A stretch of DNA of 64,000 bases from an uncultured virus (IMG/VR IMGVR_UViG_3300044637_001305) (taxonomy: Duplodnaviria; Heunggongvirae; Uroviricota; Caudoviricetes): IMG/VR virus record IMGVR_UViG_3300044637_001305, one strand, 5' to 3'. A program made the position numbers and the translations under genes. Of this stretch, positions 44,775 to 55,600 are shown in pieces. The first letter of the stretch is position 1. Each line of letters starts with the position of its first letter. The notes under the pieces are model-generated. The model was not told the origin of the DNA, did no database searches, and saw only the letters and a program-made list of their open reading frames with translations.

Positions 44775-46526
44775 TTAATACTTGTCCGAATATTTTGAAA
44801 AGAATTTTTTAGGTATTTCAAAGTGACCAACTTCAACTCTTTCAGAAACCCCATTATCTTCCATTTTTTTAAGTACCGACCTAATATTTGGGTATTTAGA
44901 CTCACTCCAATTTTTATAGTAAGACATCATTTTTACATTGTCAGGTAATGTATTTCTAACGAATGATGTTGACGGGTCTATCAAACCAACAAAATCAAAA
45001 CCAGAATTAATCTCGCTCCAAGTTTTTTCCCCTCCTTTTGAAAACCCACTAACCGATTTAATTTTGTAACCGTCACCAAGTTCTTTTTTTATTATCTCTT
45101 TGATTTTGGTTAAACTATTTTCGTGATCTGAATAAATAATATTCTTATTTGTGAAAAATCCCTCACCTTGCGTTTTCATATAGTCCGCACCATATGATGC
45201 CGAAGGGGTACCACCCCATATCAAACTAATGTATTTTGAATTTGGTCCATTTAAATCAATAACGTAGGAAGATCCTACAATTGTTTCTTTTTTTACTTCA
45301 CCAACATCTACACCTTCTTTTTTATCTTCAACTTCATCATCTTTAGTTGAGGAACCAATAAAGTATAAATGCCAAGGTTCCGCATTTCTTAAAGTACCTT
45401 TAGTTTTGTATGTTATTTCAAATCCATAATTTTTTGCGTTATTTGCGACCCATTTTTTTACATTAGGTCTGGCGTCCCACCAAGAAGGATCAACACTATA
45501 AATATCAAACGCCTTACCTGTGTGATGCTGACTAAATCCTGGTAAAGAATTGGATGCTTGAACATCTTCAATTGTCCTACCATCAATCCTTACTTTCCTA
45601 CCAAAATTATCCACTTGATCGTCATAACTTCTGTACCCCGACACAATACCTCCAGTTATTGAAAATTTGGAGTTACAATCTTTTATTAATTTTTCTATGT
45701 TAGTTTTGGCCGTTTGGTCAACTCCACCATTATCCGATCTCCAAGTACCCTCTTGGTCAAACTCCTTATCAACGTGTTCATCAGTAATTTCAGTCTTCCA
45801 ATCATCTTTTAAGTCTTGTAAACTGTCTTTGATTTTTTGAGGTAATTTTTTATAATTTTCTCCTCGTTCCCCTCCCACAATTTTATTTCCAATTTTTTCT
45901 TCTCTATCTGTATTTGAAACGTGTATGTGGTTCCAGTGGTTACCTCCCGTATCTGTTCTCCATAAATAACCTTTAACGTTTCCAGATTCACCAAATTTGT
46001 ATCCTATCTTTTTCAAAGCATCAACTATTTTATCACCATCCTCCATGAATTTAGCGTTTCCGATTCCTTTGTTTGCTCCATTACCACCAGCATTACCTAA
46101 ACCACTTATTACTGAAATATCAACAGCACTTCCAGCATAGTGTCTACTGATATTTCCATTACTAGTGTACTTATCATGATCTGTCCTTGCATAGTGTATT
46201 TCTGCAGAAATTCCAGCTATCCTCAATGCTTTAATTATATCGCTTATTAAATTGGGATTTATTATCCCGTCGTCTTTGTCTTTTTGTGCTCTTGAGTGAT
46301 ACCCCAAAAGACTATCTTCAACATATGTTGCATTTTCATCATATTCCCCATATTTTGAACCCACATCTTTAGGGTCAATATATTTTACAAATCCACCTTG
46401 ATCGTCAAACTCCAATGCTCCGATAACATCGCCCGTTTTTTTACCCGAAGGTAATACCATTCCTTTAAAGTAATCTCCTTGTTCTGAAATTTCTTTTTTG
46501 AGTATGTCTAATAATTTTATTGGCAT
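44775..46526 (-). CDS. Leader-bearing multi-domain peptidoglycan peptidase (two M15-like domains plus hydrolase-like tail)
   Basis: MPIKLLDILKKEISE leader; SRH..G.AVD...HWNHIHV; VanY-type SGYRSY..Q, PG.SQH.TG.AFD, EPWH; C-terminal GFSKGG; minus-strand TATTTAT 46538-46532. Confidence 0.8.
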   Translation of the reverse strand: MPIKLLDILKKEISEQGDYFKGMVLPSGKKTGDVIGALEFDDQGGFVKYIDPKDVGSKYGEYDENATYVEDSLLGYHSRAQKDKDDGIINPNLISDIIKALRIAGISAEIHYARTDHDKYTSNGNISRHYAGSAVDISVISGLGNAGGNGANKGIGNAKFMEDGDKIVDALKKIGYKFGESGNVKGYLWRTDTGGNHWNHIHVSNTDREEKIGNKIVGGERGENYKKLPQKIKDSLQDLKDDWKTEITDEHVDKEFDQEGTWRSDNGGVDQTAKTNIEKLIKDCNSKFSITGGIVSGYRSYDDQVDNFGRKVRIDGRTIEDVQASNSLPGFSQHHTGKAFDIYSVDPSWWDARPNVKKWVANNAKNYGFEITYKTKGTLRNAEPWHLYFIGSSTKDDEVEDKKEGVDVGEVKKETIVGSSYVIDLNGPNSKYISLIWGGTPSASYGADYMKTQGEGFFTNKNIIYSDHENSLTKIKEIIKKELGDGYKIKSVSGFSKGGEKTWSEINSGFDFVGLIDPSTSFVRNTLPDNVKMMSYYKNWSESKYPNIRSVLKKMEDNGVSERVEVGHFEIPKKFFSKYSDKY

Positions 46527-46631
46527 AATATATAAATAAATATACAATATAATAATTAGATATGACTAAATGTTAAACTATTCATAATTTAACACCACTA
46601 ATTTATTTTTTAAACGTATTTATTGTTATAT

Positions 46632-47225
46632 ATGAAATCTATAATTACCATTTTATTTTTATTTATTTTTACAATTACATTTGGTCAATGTAACGGAGTA
46701 CAATCTTTTACTTTAACTCCACCTCCAATCGGAGGAACTTATTTACCGGGTCAAGTCGTAACCATGTGTTATACCATGAATGGATATACTCAAGCAGGGA
46801 CCAATTGGATTGAGGGGTTTGATTTAACATTAGGTCCAGGTTGGGCTTCAGTTGCCCCACAAACAACACCTGCAAATTGTGGAGGAAACGCAACAGGAGG
46901 ACAATGGGTATGGAGAACTTCAGTAACATCAACCACAACACCAATAGTTACTGTCGGTCCTGGTTACTTTTTTGATTTAACAGTTGATGGTAATCCAGGA
47001 AATGATTTTGGTGATGCCGGTTCTTGTGTATGGACATTTTGTGTAACTCTAACAGTTGCAAATGTATGTACACCACAAAACTTATTATTACAAGTCACTC
47101 CCGGTTCTGATGGTATGTGGGGTAGTTATATAAGCACATCGTGTGACTTAGCAACACCATTTACCGTATTTAACGGAACAATAAATGCAGTCCCAATTGT
47201 TTTGGGACCAATAACACACAATTAA
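46632..47225 (+). CDS. Secreted Cys/Gly/Thr-rich beta protein
   Basis: Signal peptide MKSIITILFLFIFTITFG-Q; DGNPGNDFGD; ends PITHN; TATTTAT 46617-23. Confidence 0.75.
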   Translation: MKSIITILFLFIFTITFGQCNGVQSFTLTPPPIGGTYLPGQVVTMCYTMNGYTQAGTNWIEGFDLTLGPGWASVAPQTTPANCGGNATGGQWVWRTSVTSTTTPIVTVGPGYFFDLTVDGNPGNDFGDAGSCVWTFCVTLTVANVCTPQNLLLQVTPGSDGMWGSYISTSCDLATPFTVFNGTINAVPIVLGPITHN

Positions 47226-47231
47226 ATTATT

Positions 47232-47813
47232 ATGAAAAAAGTTTTATTTATTTTAATGACAATGATTTCAAGTATTTCATTATCACAATTATCAACAGTT
47301 AACCCTGATACGGTTTGTTATCAATCAACATCACTATCAACTTACACAATACCTTCAGTTGGTTCAGGCACTTATACTTGGACAGTTGCTGCTCCTGGAG
47401 TAATAACCGCAGGTCAAGGAACTAATTCAATATCTGTCAATTGGTCAACTGCATCCCCTGGTTTGATACCAAATGGTGTGTCTGTTACATACTCATCGCC
47501 TGCACCCGCAAACTGTCCTGCAACCCCTGTAAACTTAAATGTGTTGATTTATCAGGTTATACCTACAATCACGGCTTTAGGGCCATTTTGTGAATCTGAT
47601 CCTTGTGTGACTTTAGTTGGGTCACCTGTAGGTGGAACTTGGTCAGGAACGGGAGTTGTAGGGAATCAATTTTGTCCCGATAACGTAACTAATGGTACAA
47701 ACGCAACTTCAACTGTGACATATACGGTCGGGTCTGCTGGATGTACATTTTCTACTTCTGTTGTTGTTCCTGTTTATGGTACACCAACATTATCCCCGAT
47801 CCAACATAACTAA
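47232..47813 (+). CDS. Secreted PKD/Ig-like protein
   Basis: Signal peptide; TYTWTV..G.I..GQGTNSISVNW and GGTWSGTGV.GNQF.P modules; ends PIQHN. Confidence 0.75.
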   Translation: MKKVLFILMTMISSISLSQLSTVNPDTVCYQSTSLSTYTIPSVGSGTYTWTVAAPGVITAGQGTNSISVNWSTASPGLIPNGVSVTYSSPAPANCPATPVNLNVLIYQVIPTITALGPFCESDPCVTLVGSPVGGTWSGTGVVGNQFCPDNVTNGTNATSTVTYTVGSAGCTFSTSVVVPVYGTPTLSPIQHN

Positions 47814-48380
47814 ATGAAATTCATTTTTTTCATATTATTTTTATTTATGTCCTTAGTTACTTCGGCACAACAACTTATTGAATTGTGTGCCGGAGAAACT
47901 AAAACTGTTACGTACTTCTCAACATCAACGGGTGATGGGACTACGTCATGGACTGTTAATGGTATTGTATATAACACAGATGAATTAACATATACATACA
48001 ACAGTGAAGGGACTTATAATATAGTTGTAAAAAGAGAAAACGGACCATGTTATGTTGAAGAGACTTTACAAGTGGTTGTAACCGAGTGTCCTGGTGTAAC
48101 TTATTGGATCCCTAATTGTTTTACACCTGACGGAAATGAACATAACCAAGTTTTTGGCCCTATGATGATTGATGGTTTTGATATAAATGGTTTTGAGTTT
48201 ATTGTTATTAATAGATGGGGTAATGTTGTTTGGGAATCCCAAGACCCTAATGGTAAATGGGATGGAACATATCAAGGTAAAATGTGTACTGATGGTGTAT
48301 ACATTTGGAAATTAACTTTTAATGTTTTTGGTAATGATGATAAAATTACCGATCATGGACATTTAACTATCTTGAGGTAA
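47814..48380 (+). CDS. Secreted protein with T9SS type-B (gliding-motility-associated, CHU_C) C-terminal sorting domain
   Basis: Signal peptide; IPNCFTPDG...N..F, NRWG..V, WDGT..G, DGVY and GHLTILR. Confidence 0.88.
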   Translation: MKFIFFILFLFMSLVTSAQQLIELCAGETKTVTYFSTSTGDGTTSWTVNGIVYNTDELTYTYNSEGTYNIVVKRENGPCYVEETLQVVVTECPGVTYWIPNCFTPDGNEHNQVFGPMMIDGFDINGFEFIVINRWGNVVWESQDPNGKWDGTYQGKMCTDGVYIWKLTFNVFGNDDKITDHGHLTILR

Positions 48381-48551
48381 TTCTTTAATCATTCCCATCT
48401 CTATTAATTGATCAATAGAATTATTTTTAGGAGCCTTTAGATAATAATTCTCACCATCATTTCTAAAAAAACACCACCCAGATAATATACCGTTTAATTG
48501 TTGGTATGTCTCTTTATCTTTTACTTTATAAACTTTTAATCCCACCACCAT
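48363..48551 (-). CDS. Small hypothetical protein
   Basis: 62 aa at the end of a minus-strand operon. Confidence 0.55.
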   Translation of the reverse strand: MVVGLKVYKVKDKETYQQLNGILSGWCFFRNDGENYYLKAPKNNSIDQLIEMGMIKELPQDS

Positions 48552-49126
48552 CTCATTCTTTCTTTTAAAATTTTAAACAATAAATTATGCGCCTTTTCTT
48601 GATTATGTTTTGCAACATAAAAACATAAATCTTTTTTATTTAAATCAGGTCTTTGTTTTAAAACTTTACGAACACTTGACGGGTATTTTTTTAAAAACTC
48701 ATCATAACTTTCAGATAAAACATCAACCTCTAATGTACTCAGATTTTCTTTACCCTCCACAGGTTCAAATCTAAATTTAGATTCCTCATAATCAAGGTAT
48801 TCAGTATTGTAGAACTCGTCTTTAACTCTTTCAATAAGGTTTAAAACAATAGTCATATCACGATTATCTCTATCAACATCTATGTGACGATTTGCGTAGA
48901 TTATTTCTTTTCTTTGAAACTCTATTTTTTTTTGTAAAATTGTTAAAATATACCATTCATCCCAATCTTTATCTTTATATAAAGTTGGTACCCATCTAAA
49001 GATGTTTTTTATACCACCAACAAAGTATCTTATTCTCCAATGTAGGTTTCTCCAAACCCACGCAGATACACCTTTTCTATTCCAGGCGGAGTCTTCAGGT
49101 ATTGTCAGTTTTTCGTAGTTTTTCAT
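48536..49126 (-). CDS. Conserved phage hypothetical protein
   Basis: W.P.L.KD.DWD..YIL...; C-terminal WWD. Confidence 0.7.
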   Translation of the reverse strand: MKNYEKLTIPEDSAWNRKGVSAWVWRNLHWRIRYFVGGIKNIFRWVPTLYKDKDWDEWYILTILQKKIEFQRKEIIYANRHIDVDRDNRDMTIVLNLIERVKDEFYNTEYLDYEESKFRFEPVEGKENLSTLEVDVLSESYDEFLKKYPSSVRKVLKQRPDLNKKDLCFYVAKHNQEKAHNLLFKILKERMRWWWD

Positions 49127-49310
49127 TTTCCTTTTCTTTGTATTGCAAATATACGGAAAAAATTATTAAAAAGTTAACTAATACACAAAAAAAAGTTTCA
49201 AGAATCCAATGCCAATCCGTTTGAGTCATTGACACATGTGTACCAAACCACATGAACGAACCATACTTGTTCATAACCTCAACTAACAAATACTTTAAAA
49301 ATTTGATCAT
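49095..49310 (-). CDS. Small membrane protein
   Basis: Hydrophobic segment FFCVLVNFLIIFSVY. Confidence 0.55.
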   Translation of the reverse strand: MIKFLKYLLVEVMNKYGSFMWFGTHVSMTQTDWHWILETFFCVLVNFLIIFSVYLQYKEKENEKLRKTDNT

Positions 49311-49346
49311 ATAATTATTATTACAATTATAATTATATTTATTTAT

Positions 49347-49676
49347 ATGGAAAAAAGAAATCTTAGTGAGCCAAATCCCAAATTAAAAGAAGGTGATAGA
49401 ATCATTTTAATATATATGGACGGGGAAGAAATCCCGATAGGTTCAAAAGGAATTGTTGTTGGGATAAACGGACAACTTAGATTTAGACCAACAGATTCTG
49501 GAATGGGTTATTGGGTTGAGTTCTATGATCCCGAAGATAATAAATTTATTTCCAAATTAACATTAATACCCGAAGATGATGTATGGGTGTATGATAAAGA
49601 TTATTATGAAAATGAAACTTTAAAGGAAAGTTTATTTTTCATAACTAAAAAAAATATAAACAAAGTAAAATTATAA
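49347..49676 (+). CDS. Hypothetical SH3-like protein
   Basis: GDRI.L..M......G..G.V...LIPE.D.W; TATTTAT 49336-42. Confidence 0.65.
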   Translation: MEKRNLSEPNPKLKEGDRIILIYMDGEEIPIGSKGIVVGINGQLRFRPTDSGMGYWVEFYDPEDNKFISKLTLIPEDDVWVYDKDYYENETLKESLFFITKKNINKVKL

Positions 49677-49678
49677 TT

Positions 49679-50206
49679 ATGAGAGGATTTGTAGGATTAA
49701 CATCAAAAGAAAAAGAAGACATTCTTAAAAAACATAGTCAACCATACGATGGGTATGCCACAATGGGTCAAAGTGGCAATATGTACCCAATCACGGTGTA
49801 TAACGACGCGAGAGATAATCAAGGAGTTACATTAGATAATAAGAATAACCCAACACAATATAAAAACCATAGAATTAATGAAATAGCTGCAAAAAATTTA
49901 CATTATGATGAAATAGAACCGGCGTATGAATTTGATTCAAAAGGGCCTGGAGACCCAAATTTAGGATACGATGTTTATAACCAAACAAAAAATGCTTATG
50001 ATTTTGATTCACAAGGGCCCGCAGATCCTTTTTATGGTGGTGGTTATCAAACGGGTTTTGAAGATCATGGAGAAGACTCAGACAATGATTTTGAGTTTGA
50101 TATGGTGGATTTTGAAGATTATATTGAAGGTGAGGATAAAGGTAACATAGAGGAAAGTGTTAATAAAACAATTGATATGTTTAAAAGATTTAAAAAATAT
50201 AACTAA
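49679..50206 (+). CDS. Leader-bearing acidic protein with an internal repeat
   Basis: LTSKEKEDILKKH leader; AY(E/D)FDS.GP.DP twice; C-terminal IEESVNKTIDMFKR. Confidence 0.7.
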   Translation: MRGFVGLTSKEKEDILKKHSQPYDGYATMGQSGNMYPITVYNDARDNQGVTLDNKNNPTQYKNHRINEIAAKNLHYDEIEPAYEFDSKGPGDPNLGYDVYNQTKNAYDFDSQGPADPFYGGGYQTGFEDHGEDSDNDFEFDMVDFEDYIEGEDKGNIEESVNKTIDMFKRFKKYN

Positions 50207-50508
50207 TGGAAGTTATTGAAATAATTTCTCATTATATTGATAAAACCCAAAATTTAATAAATGTTGAATTTAAAATGATGGGTGATGATGACGATATGGT
50301 AAGAGAAGATTTTATTGAATATTCTTTTTTTGAGGAGTTTGGATATGACAAAACTAAAGATTTTGGAATATTTGAAAATGTTTTAGAAGAGGATGAATGG
50401 GAAGAAGACGACTATGATTATTTTGAAAATGAAGATACCTTTATATCTTTTCTAAATGAGTATTACGTCGTATACCCAAAAAAAATACCTAAAGTTGAAA
50501 TAAAATAA
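50206..50508 (+). CDS. Acidic hypothetical protein
   Basis: TAATG coupling to the upstream gene. Confidence 0.7.
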   Translation: MEVIEIISHYIDKTQNLINVEFKMMGDDDDMVREDFIEYSFFEEFGYDKTKDFGIFENVLEEDEWEEDDYDYFENEDTFISFLNEYYVVYPKKIPKVEIK

Positions 50509-50511
50509 ATT

Positions 50512-52062
50512 ATGAATTTTTTATCAGAAATTAAAAAGATTAGAATCTTAATAAACCTTTTTGAAGGTAAAGATAACATAAACGAACATGCGATTATAGG
50601 TGATAAAATTGCTCAAATTATAAGTGGTGTTGTAAATAACGAATATAATGAACTTATTGATGAAAACATGGATTTTATAATGTTGAATGATAAGTTATCT
50701 AATTACGAAGAAATTGAAGATCAAGTCAAAGACGTTTTTGTTTCAATAGGGTCCGAAGATTTTTTTGATAGTAGAATGGATATTGATTCTTTAATTAATA
50801 ATTTAGATAGAATTTTTCCAAATGCGGAAATACACCTGATAAAAGGGTATGTAAATTCTATAGAATTCAACTTAGACGATAAAAATAAAGAATTGATTGA
50901 AAATAATTCAGTATCTTTTTTTAATATTTTTAGAAAAAATAGAATAAACATAGTTGGTAACCATAATTTGGTTGGGATTGAATCACTAAGTCAAGGTGAG
51001 GATATTATAATTGACTTAATTGAAATAATTAATAATTATGTCGGTGAGGCAGATACCGAAGAAGAGAAAGATGAATATGTTGAAAAATTCAATGATTTAG
51101 ATATTGATGAAGAAACGGATTTTGATGAAATTTATGAATTCCTTTCTTTATTTGAAAAAATGGTAAAATCAAAAAACAGTTATAGTACTGACCTTAAAAA
51201 TAATTTTTATGGTGACGTAGAGATGATACAAATTGCGTTGAAGTTTTTAGAGGTTCCTCTTACCGAATCTTTAGAGATAAGTGGGAAGTACGATGATAAA
51301 ACAAAAGAAGCTATTAAAAAATACCAAATAAGTCAATCAATAAAAGATACGGGAATAGCCGACACCGAAACACTTGAAGAAATTTTGTGGGATTTAAAAA
51401 CAAAAAGTTTTGACGATGAGGACCTTGCCAGATTCTTATCTAATAATGGGGTTGAGTTAAAGGTGTATGAACCTGATGATATAGATTTAGAAGACATAAT
51501 AGATAAGATTATAGATAATATTGAGGGTGGATATGCCGCACCTGAGCATTTTCAAGCAAGTGCGGAAAAACAAAAAGACCCTTCAGTAAAACAGGCTTTA
51601 CTAAATTCAGGTGAGACTATGTTTGGTATTGATAGAAAAAATGGGCCGACCATGACTGAATTTTGGGATATGGTTGATGAAAATAGTGGTTATGCGGCCG
51701 AATCGGAAGGTAAACCTAAATGGCAACACGGATACATGGGCGGTAGTGTTGAAGACGAACTAAGAGAATTTGTTTATGATTGGGCAATCCCATATTATGA
51801 AAAACTTAAAGAAGATAAATTGTCTTCAGAATTGAAACAATTTCTTGAAGAAGATAATAGATTAGCCACTCACTTTATGTATGCGTGTTGGAATGGTATA
51901 TTATTTTATAATGACTTTAAAAATGAATTAGAATCTGCAATATCTGAAGGAGTTACCGATAGAGATGAGTTATGGGAAATTGCTATTAATACCAGAAAAA
52001 ACCACTCAAATGGGGTTGTCAGACTTACAGCACCAAAAGTTGAAAAAATAGCCACAGAATAG
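50512..52062 (+). CDS. Leader-bearing muramidase (PG-binding domain + GH108-like domain)
   Basis: MNFLSEIKKIR leader; V..IQ.AL...G.YD..T.EAIK.YQ....DTGI....T; EGGY...SGET.FGIDR. Confidence 0.7.
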   Translation: MNFLSEIKKIRILINLFEGKDNINEHAIIGDKIAQIISGVVNNEYNELIDENMDFIMLNDKLSNYEEIEDQVKDVFVSIGSEDFFDSRMDIDSLINNLDRIFPNAEIHLIKGYVNSIEFNLDDKNKELIENNSVSFFNIFRKNRINIVGNHNLVGIESLSQGEDIIIDLIEIINNYVGEADTEEEKDEYVEKFNDLDIDEETDFDEIYEFLSLFEKMVKSKNSYSTDLKNNFYGDVEMIQIALKFLEVPLTESLEISGKYDDKTKEAIKKYQISQSIKDTGIADTETLEEILWDLKTKSFDDEDLARFLSNNGVELKVYEPDDIDLEDIIDKIIDNIEGGYAAPEHFQASAEKQKDPSVKQALLNSGETMFGIDRKNGPTMTEFWDMVDENSGYAAESEGKPKWQHGYMGGSVEDELREFVYDWAIPYYEKLKEDKLSSELKQFLEEDNRLATHFMYACWNGILFYNDFKNELESAISEGVTDRDELWEIAINTRKNHSNGVVRLTAPKVEKIATE

Positions 52063-52096
52063 GTGATTTATTAAATAATTTACCATATTTATTTTT

Positions 52097-52363
52097 ATGG
52101 TAAGTCCTTTAATTGATAAATTTACAGGTAAAATATTTTTAAAAAAAACAAAGTTCTTTGGTTTAAAAAAATGTCATGCAGAAATACTTTTTACTCAAAC
52201 CCTTAAAATTATACTCATAAGAAGTAATATAACCAATTTACCATATAAAATAGGTGACGACATTAATTTTCAAAATATAAAGGAATGGTCTAAAGATAAT
52301 GGATATTTATTAAAATTAACAACTAAAAATAATAAAATAAAAAGACTATTTTATTTTAATTAA
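52097..52363 (+). CDS. Basic hypothetical protein
   Basis: TATTTAT 52086-92. Confidence 0.6.
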   Translation: MVSPLIDKFTGKIFLKKTKFFGLKKCHAEILFTQTLKIILIRSNITNLPYKIGDDINFQNIKEWSKDNGYLLKLTTKNNKIKRLFYFN

Positions 52364-52381
52364 AATAAACTATTTATTAAT

Positions 52382-52690
52382 ATGAATGAATTATTTGAAA
52401 ATATAAATAGAATAAAGAAATTGATGGAGTTAGAAAAAGACAAAGTTGAGGAATTTGAAATAAAAGAAGATGAGGATGGAGGTGGAGATGATGGAGGATC
52501 AGCAGCATCATCAGGTGGAGGATACCCAACAGTTAAAAAACACTCAGAAACATACCCAACTAAAAGGGGTAAAGCAAATACTTTAGACATGAAAACCAAG
52601 TGGGAAAGTGGTGTTACTAGAGGTAAAGCAAATAAAATAGATAACTCAAAATGGGAAAGTGGTAGAACAATGGGATCTACCGGTCCTTAA
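52382..52690 (+). CDS. Leader-bearing protein with RGKAN/KWESG repeats
   Basis: TATTTAT 52371-77; MNELFENINRIKKLMELE leader; T.RGKAN...KWESG twice. Confidence 0.75.
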   Translation: MNELFENINRIKKLMELEKDKVEEFEIKEDEDGGGDDGGSAASSGGGYPTVKKHSETYPTKRGKANTLDMKTKWESGVTRGKANKIDNSKWESGRTMGSTGP

Positions 52691-52697
52691 ATTTATA

Positions 52698-55600
52698 ATG
52701 ATGAACAACAATAAAAAAATATTATTAGAAATAAGTAGAATTAGGCAAATGATGGGTTTAGGTTCCGTTATATCTGAAGGACCTGAAAGCTATTGTCCTT
52801 TTTGTGTTGAATTTTTTAGTCAAATAAGTAAAATACTTAGTCAGGCTTCAAAAATTGGTGACGACGTTAATGTAACAAAACAACTAGAAGATATAAGATC
52901 AAAAATTGATAGTTCAGGACTGAATTTGAATCAAAAATCCGCATTAAAAAATATTTTAGATGATGTAATGCTTGAGTATAAAGGCACAAAAAGTATTACA
53001 AAATTACAAGATGATATAAAATTAAAAATTAAAAATGATGCACTATCTGACGTTGTACAACCTAACGTTATTGTTAAAAATATTATTGACACAGATCTAA
53101 TATTAAAAGACATTAATTTTGCAACAGAATTATTTGATTCAGGATTCAAACATAAAACATATAAATCTAATGTTGAATCATTCCTTGATACTGTAATTGA
53201 GTTCGCAAATAAAAATAAAAAATCAGATGTATCATTAAAAGACGCAACAATTGCAGAACTTGATTCTTTTATTCGTGGAAAATATGCTACCGACGGATTG
53301 GATGCAACATTAATTGATAATTTGATGGTTAAATGGAAAGATTGGTTTGAAACTTTAGAAAAAATTAAATCTATTTCTGGTAATTCTACAATTTTTTATA
53401 AAAGTGCTGATGATAGAACTATACCTATACGTTTTGGTAAAAACTATGAAAGTTTAGCGGATGAATATAATTCAGCTTTAAAAATGAATGAGGTTGATGA
53501 ACATTTTATAAAACCATTGAGTTACGATGAGGGTAAGGGGTATAGTATGGAAAACTTTTCAGATTCTAAAACTTTACGAGATTATTTAGATGGGGGTGAA
53601 AAAATAACTCAAGATATTGCAGATAAGATTAAAAATGCGGTTAACTCAATACACGAAAAGGGTCTATGTCATGGCGATTTAAATACTAATAATATATTAA
53701 TCAAATCTGATGGATCTGATTTCAGAATAATAGACCCTGTAGGATACCCATCAAAACAACAAGGTTTTACGGATTTTGATTTGGCTAAAGCTGATGATAT
53801 TTCAAGTTTGAATAACATAATAGATCAAAAAAATATAAAAATAGAAGAAAAAATAAAATCAAACAGTGATGTAAGGGCTCCCGGAATTGACGCTAATGGG
53901 TTTTTAAATTTAATTAATCAATTTGTGGAGTCTTCAGATCCTATAAAAAGAGTGACAATATTAAAATTTATTAATAAAACAACAGAACAAAAGGAGGTAT
54001 TGACTTCTTTCATAACTAAGTATTCTAATAATATTTCACAATCACAAAAAATAGTTAGTCTTGAGGATTTGTTTGATCCAAATAAATCAATTGAACTAAC
54101 GAACTTAGCAAAATCTATAGTTCAAAATAAACAAACAATAGTTACTCTTATTGACCCTCTATTAAATAAGGGTCGTTACCCAAAACTTTTTGACTTTAGT
54201 AAAAGTACAAACCCACAATTAATTGAAATACAATCTAAATTAGGGAGTGGGGAATTGAATGACGTGATTAAAAAAATTAATGAGGGTAAAACAAATGAGT
54301 TAACATACCAACAAATAGAAAAATTAAGCTCAGATTTAGAAAATATTAATAAATTAATAACAAATTCAGACACCAAAAAATATATAGACGATGTTGTAAA
54401 TGATTTAAAATTTTTATCTGAAGATGTTGTAAATGTTAAATTTCAAACAAATCGTATGACAAATGTTGCTGAAAAATTTGAAGTTAAACAAGTTAGTGGT
54501 GTAAAAATAAATAAAGAAGAATTAGAAAACATAAAAAGAATAGTAAATGAAAATGGTTATAAAGTTTGGGGTTGGAATATAAATGCTGACGAACCAATTT
54601 ATAAATTAGCTAAAGTAAATGGTGAAACAGTTAGATTTACTTTATCAGAATATGGACCTAGAAGATACGATGGAAATAGGGTATATGATGATAAAATATT
54701 TGAACAATTTCAAGATGAGTATTCCGATATTGTCACAAAAAATAATCAAATCGGAAACTATATGTCTTTTGAAGAATTTTTGAAAAATAAATTCAAAAAT
54801 AACCAAAAAATGATGGATTTATATTTTCCAAAATATAAAGTCCTTGGAGGTGTCAGAATGACTGACGATAGTGGAAATATTTGGGTCATTACAAATCCTG
54901 TCGGTGCAGGTGCAAAAAAAAATGTTGACTATGTTACTTTTCATGAAATGGCACATGTTGATCAAAAATCTGGAATTTATTCACCTATAGATGCTTATCG
55001 TATTAATGAATTTGAAACCCCTCAGAAAGCTTTAGAATATTTGGATAAAAAAATTCAAAGATCCTTTACACCAAAAAATGCTAAAACAGTTAAACTATAT
55101 GTTAATTGGGATGAGGTAACTAATGGAACAAAGGAAAGTGCTGAACTTATGGATAGGTACCTTAAAGAAACTGGAAACCCCAACCCCCTAACCCCACCAG
55201 GAGGTACCTATGTTTGGGCACATGGGGATATGTTTAATACTTGGGCTAAAAAAAACGAAGACACTATTGATGAAAAATATTTTAGGACAGGTGTAGAATC
55301 TCAAACAATAATTAAAAACCTATATAGTCCTGATGTTAAAAAAAGAACACTATTAATGACTTTAGAGGAGACAAGACAACATTATATAAAAAATAAACAA
55401 CCAACTGAACAAGTAGACAGATTAATAAGTAAAATAGAAAATTTGGATACTGAAAAATTAAATCTTTTTTTAAAAAATAATGTAGATGATCCATTATTAG
55501 GGTATAGTATTAAAAGATCTGCACATAAACTATCGTATTTTTTAAATATCCAAGAAATAGAGGCCGATTTTACTGCATTAATAAGAGAATTAATGGATAA

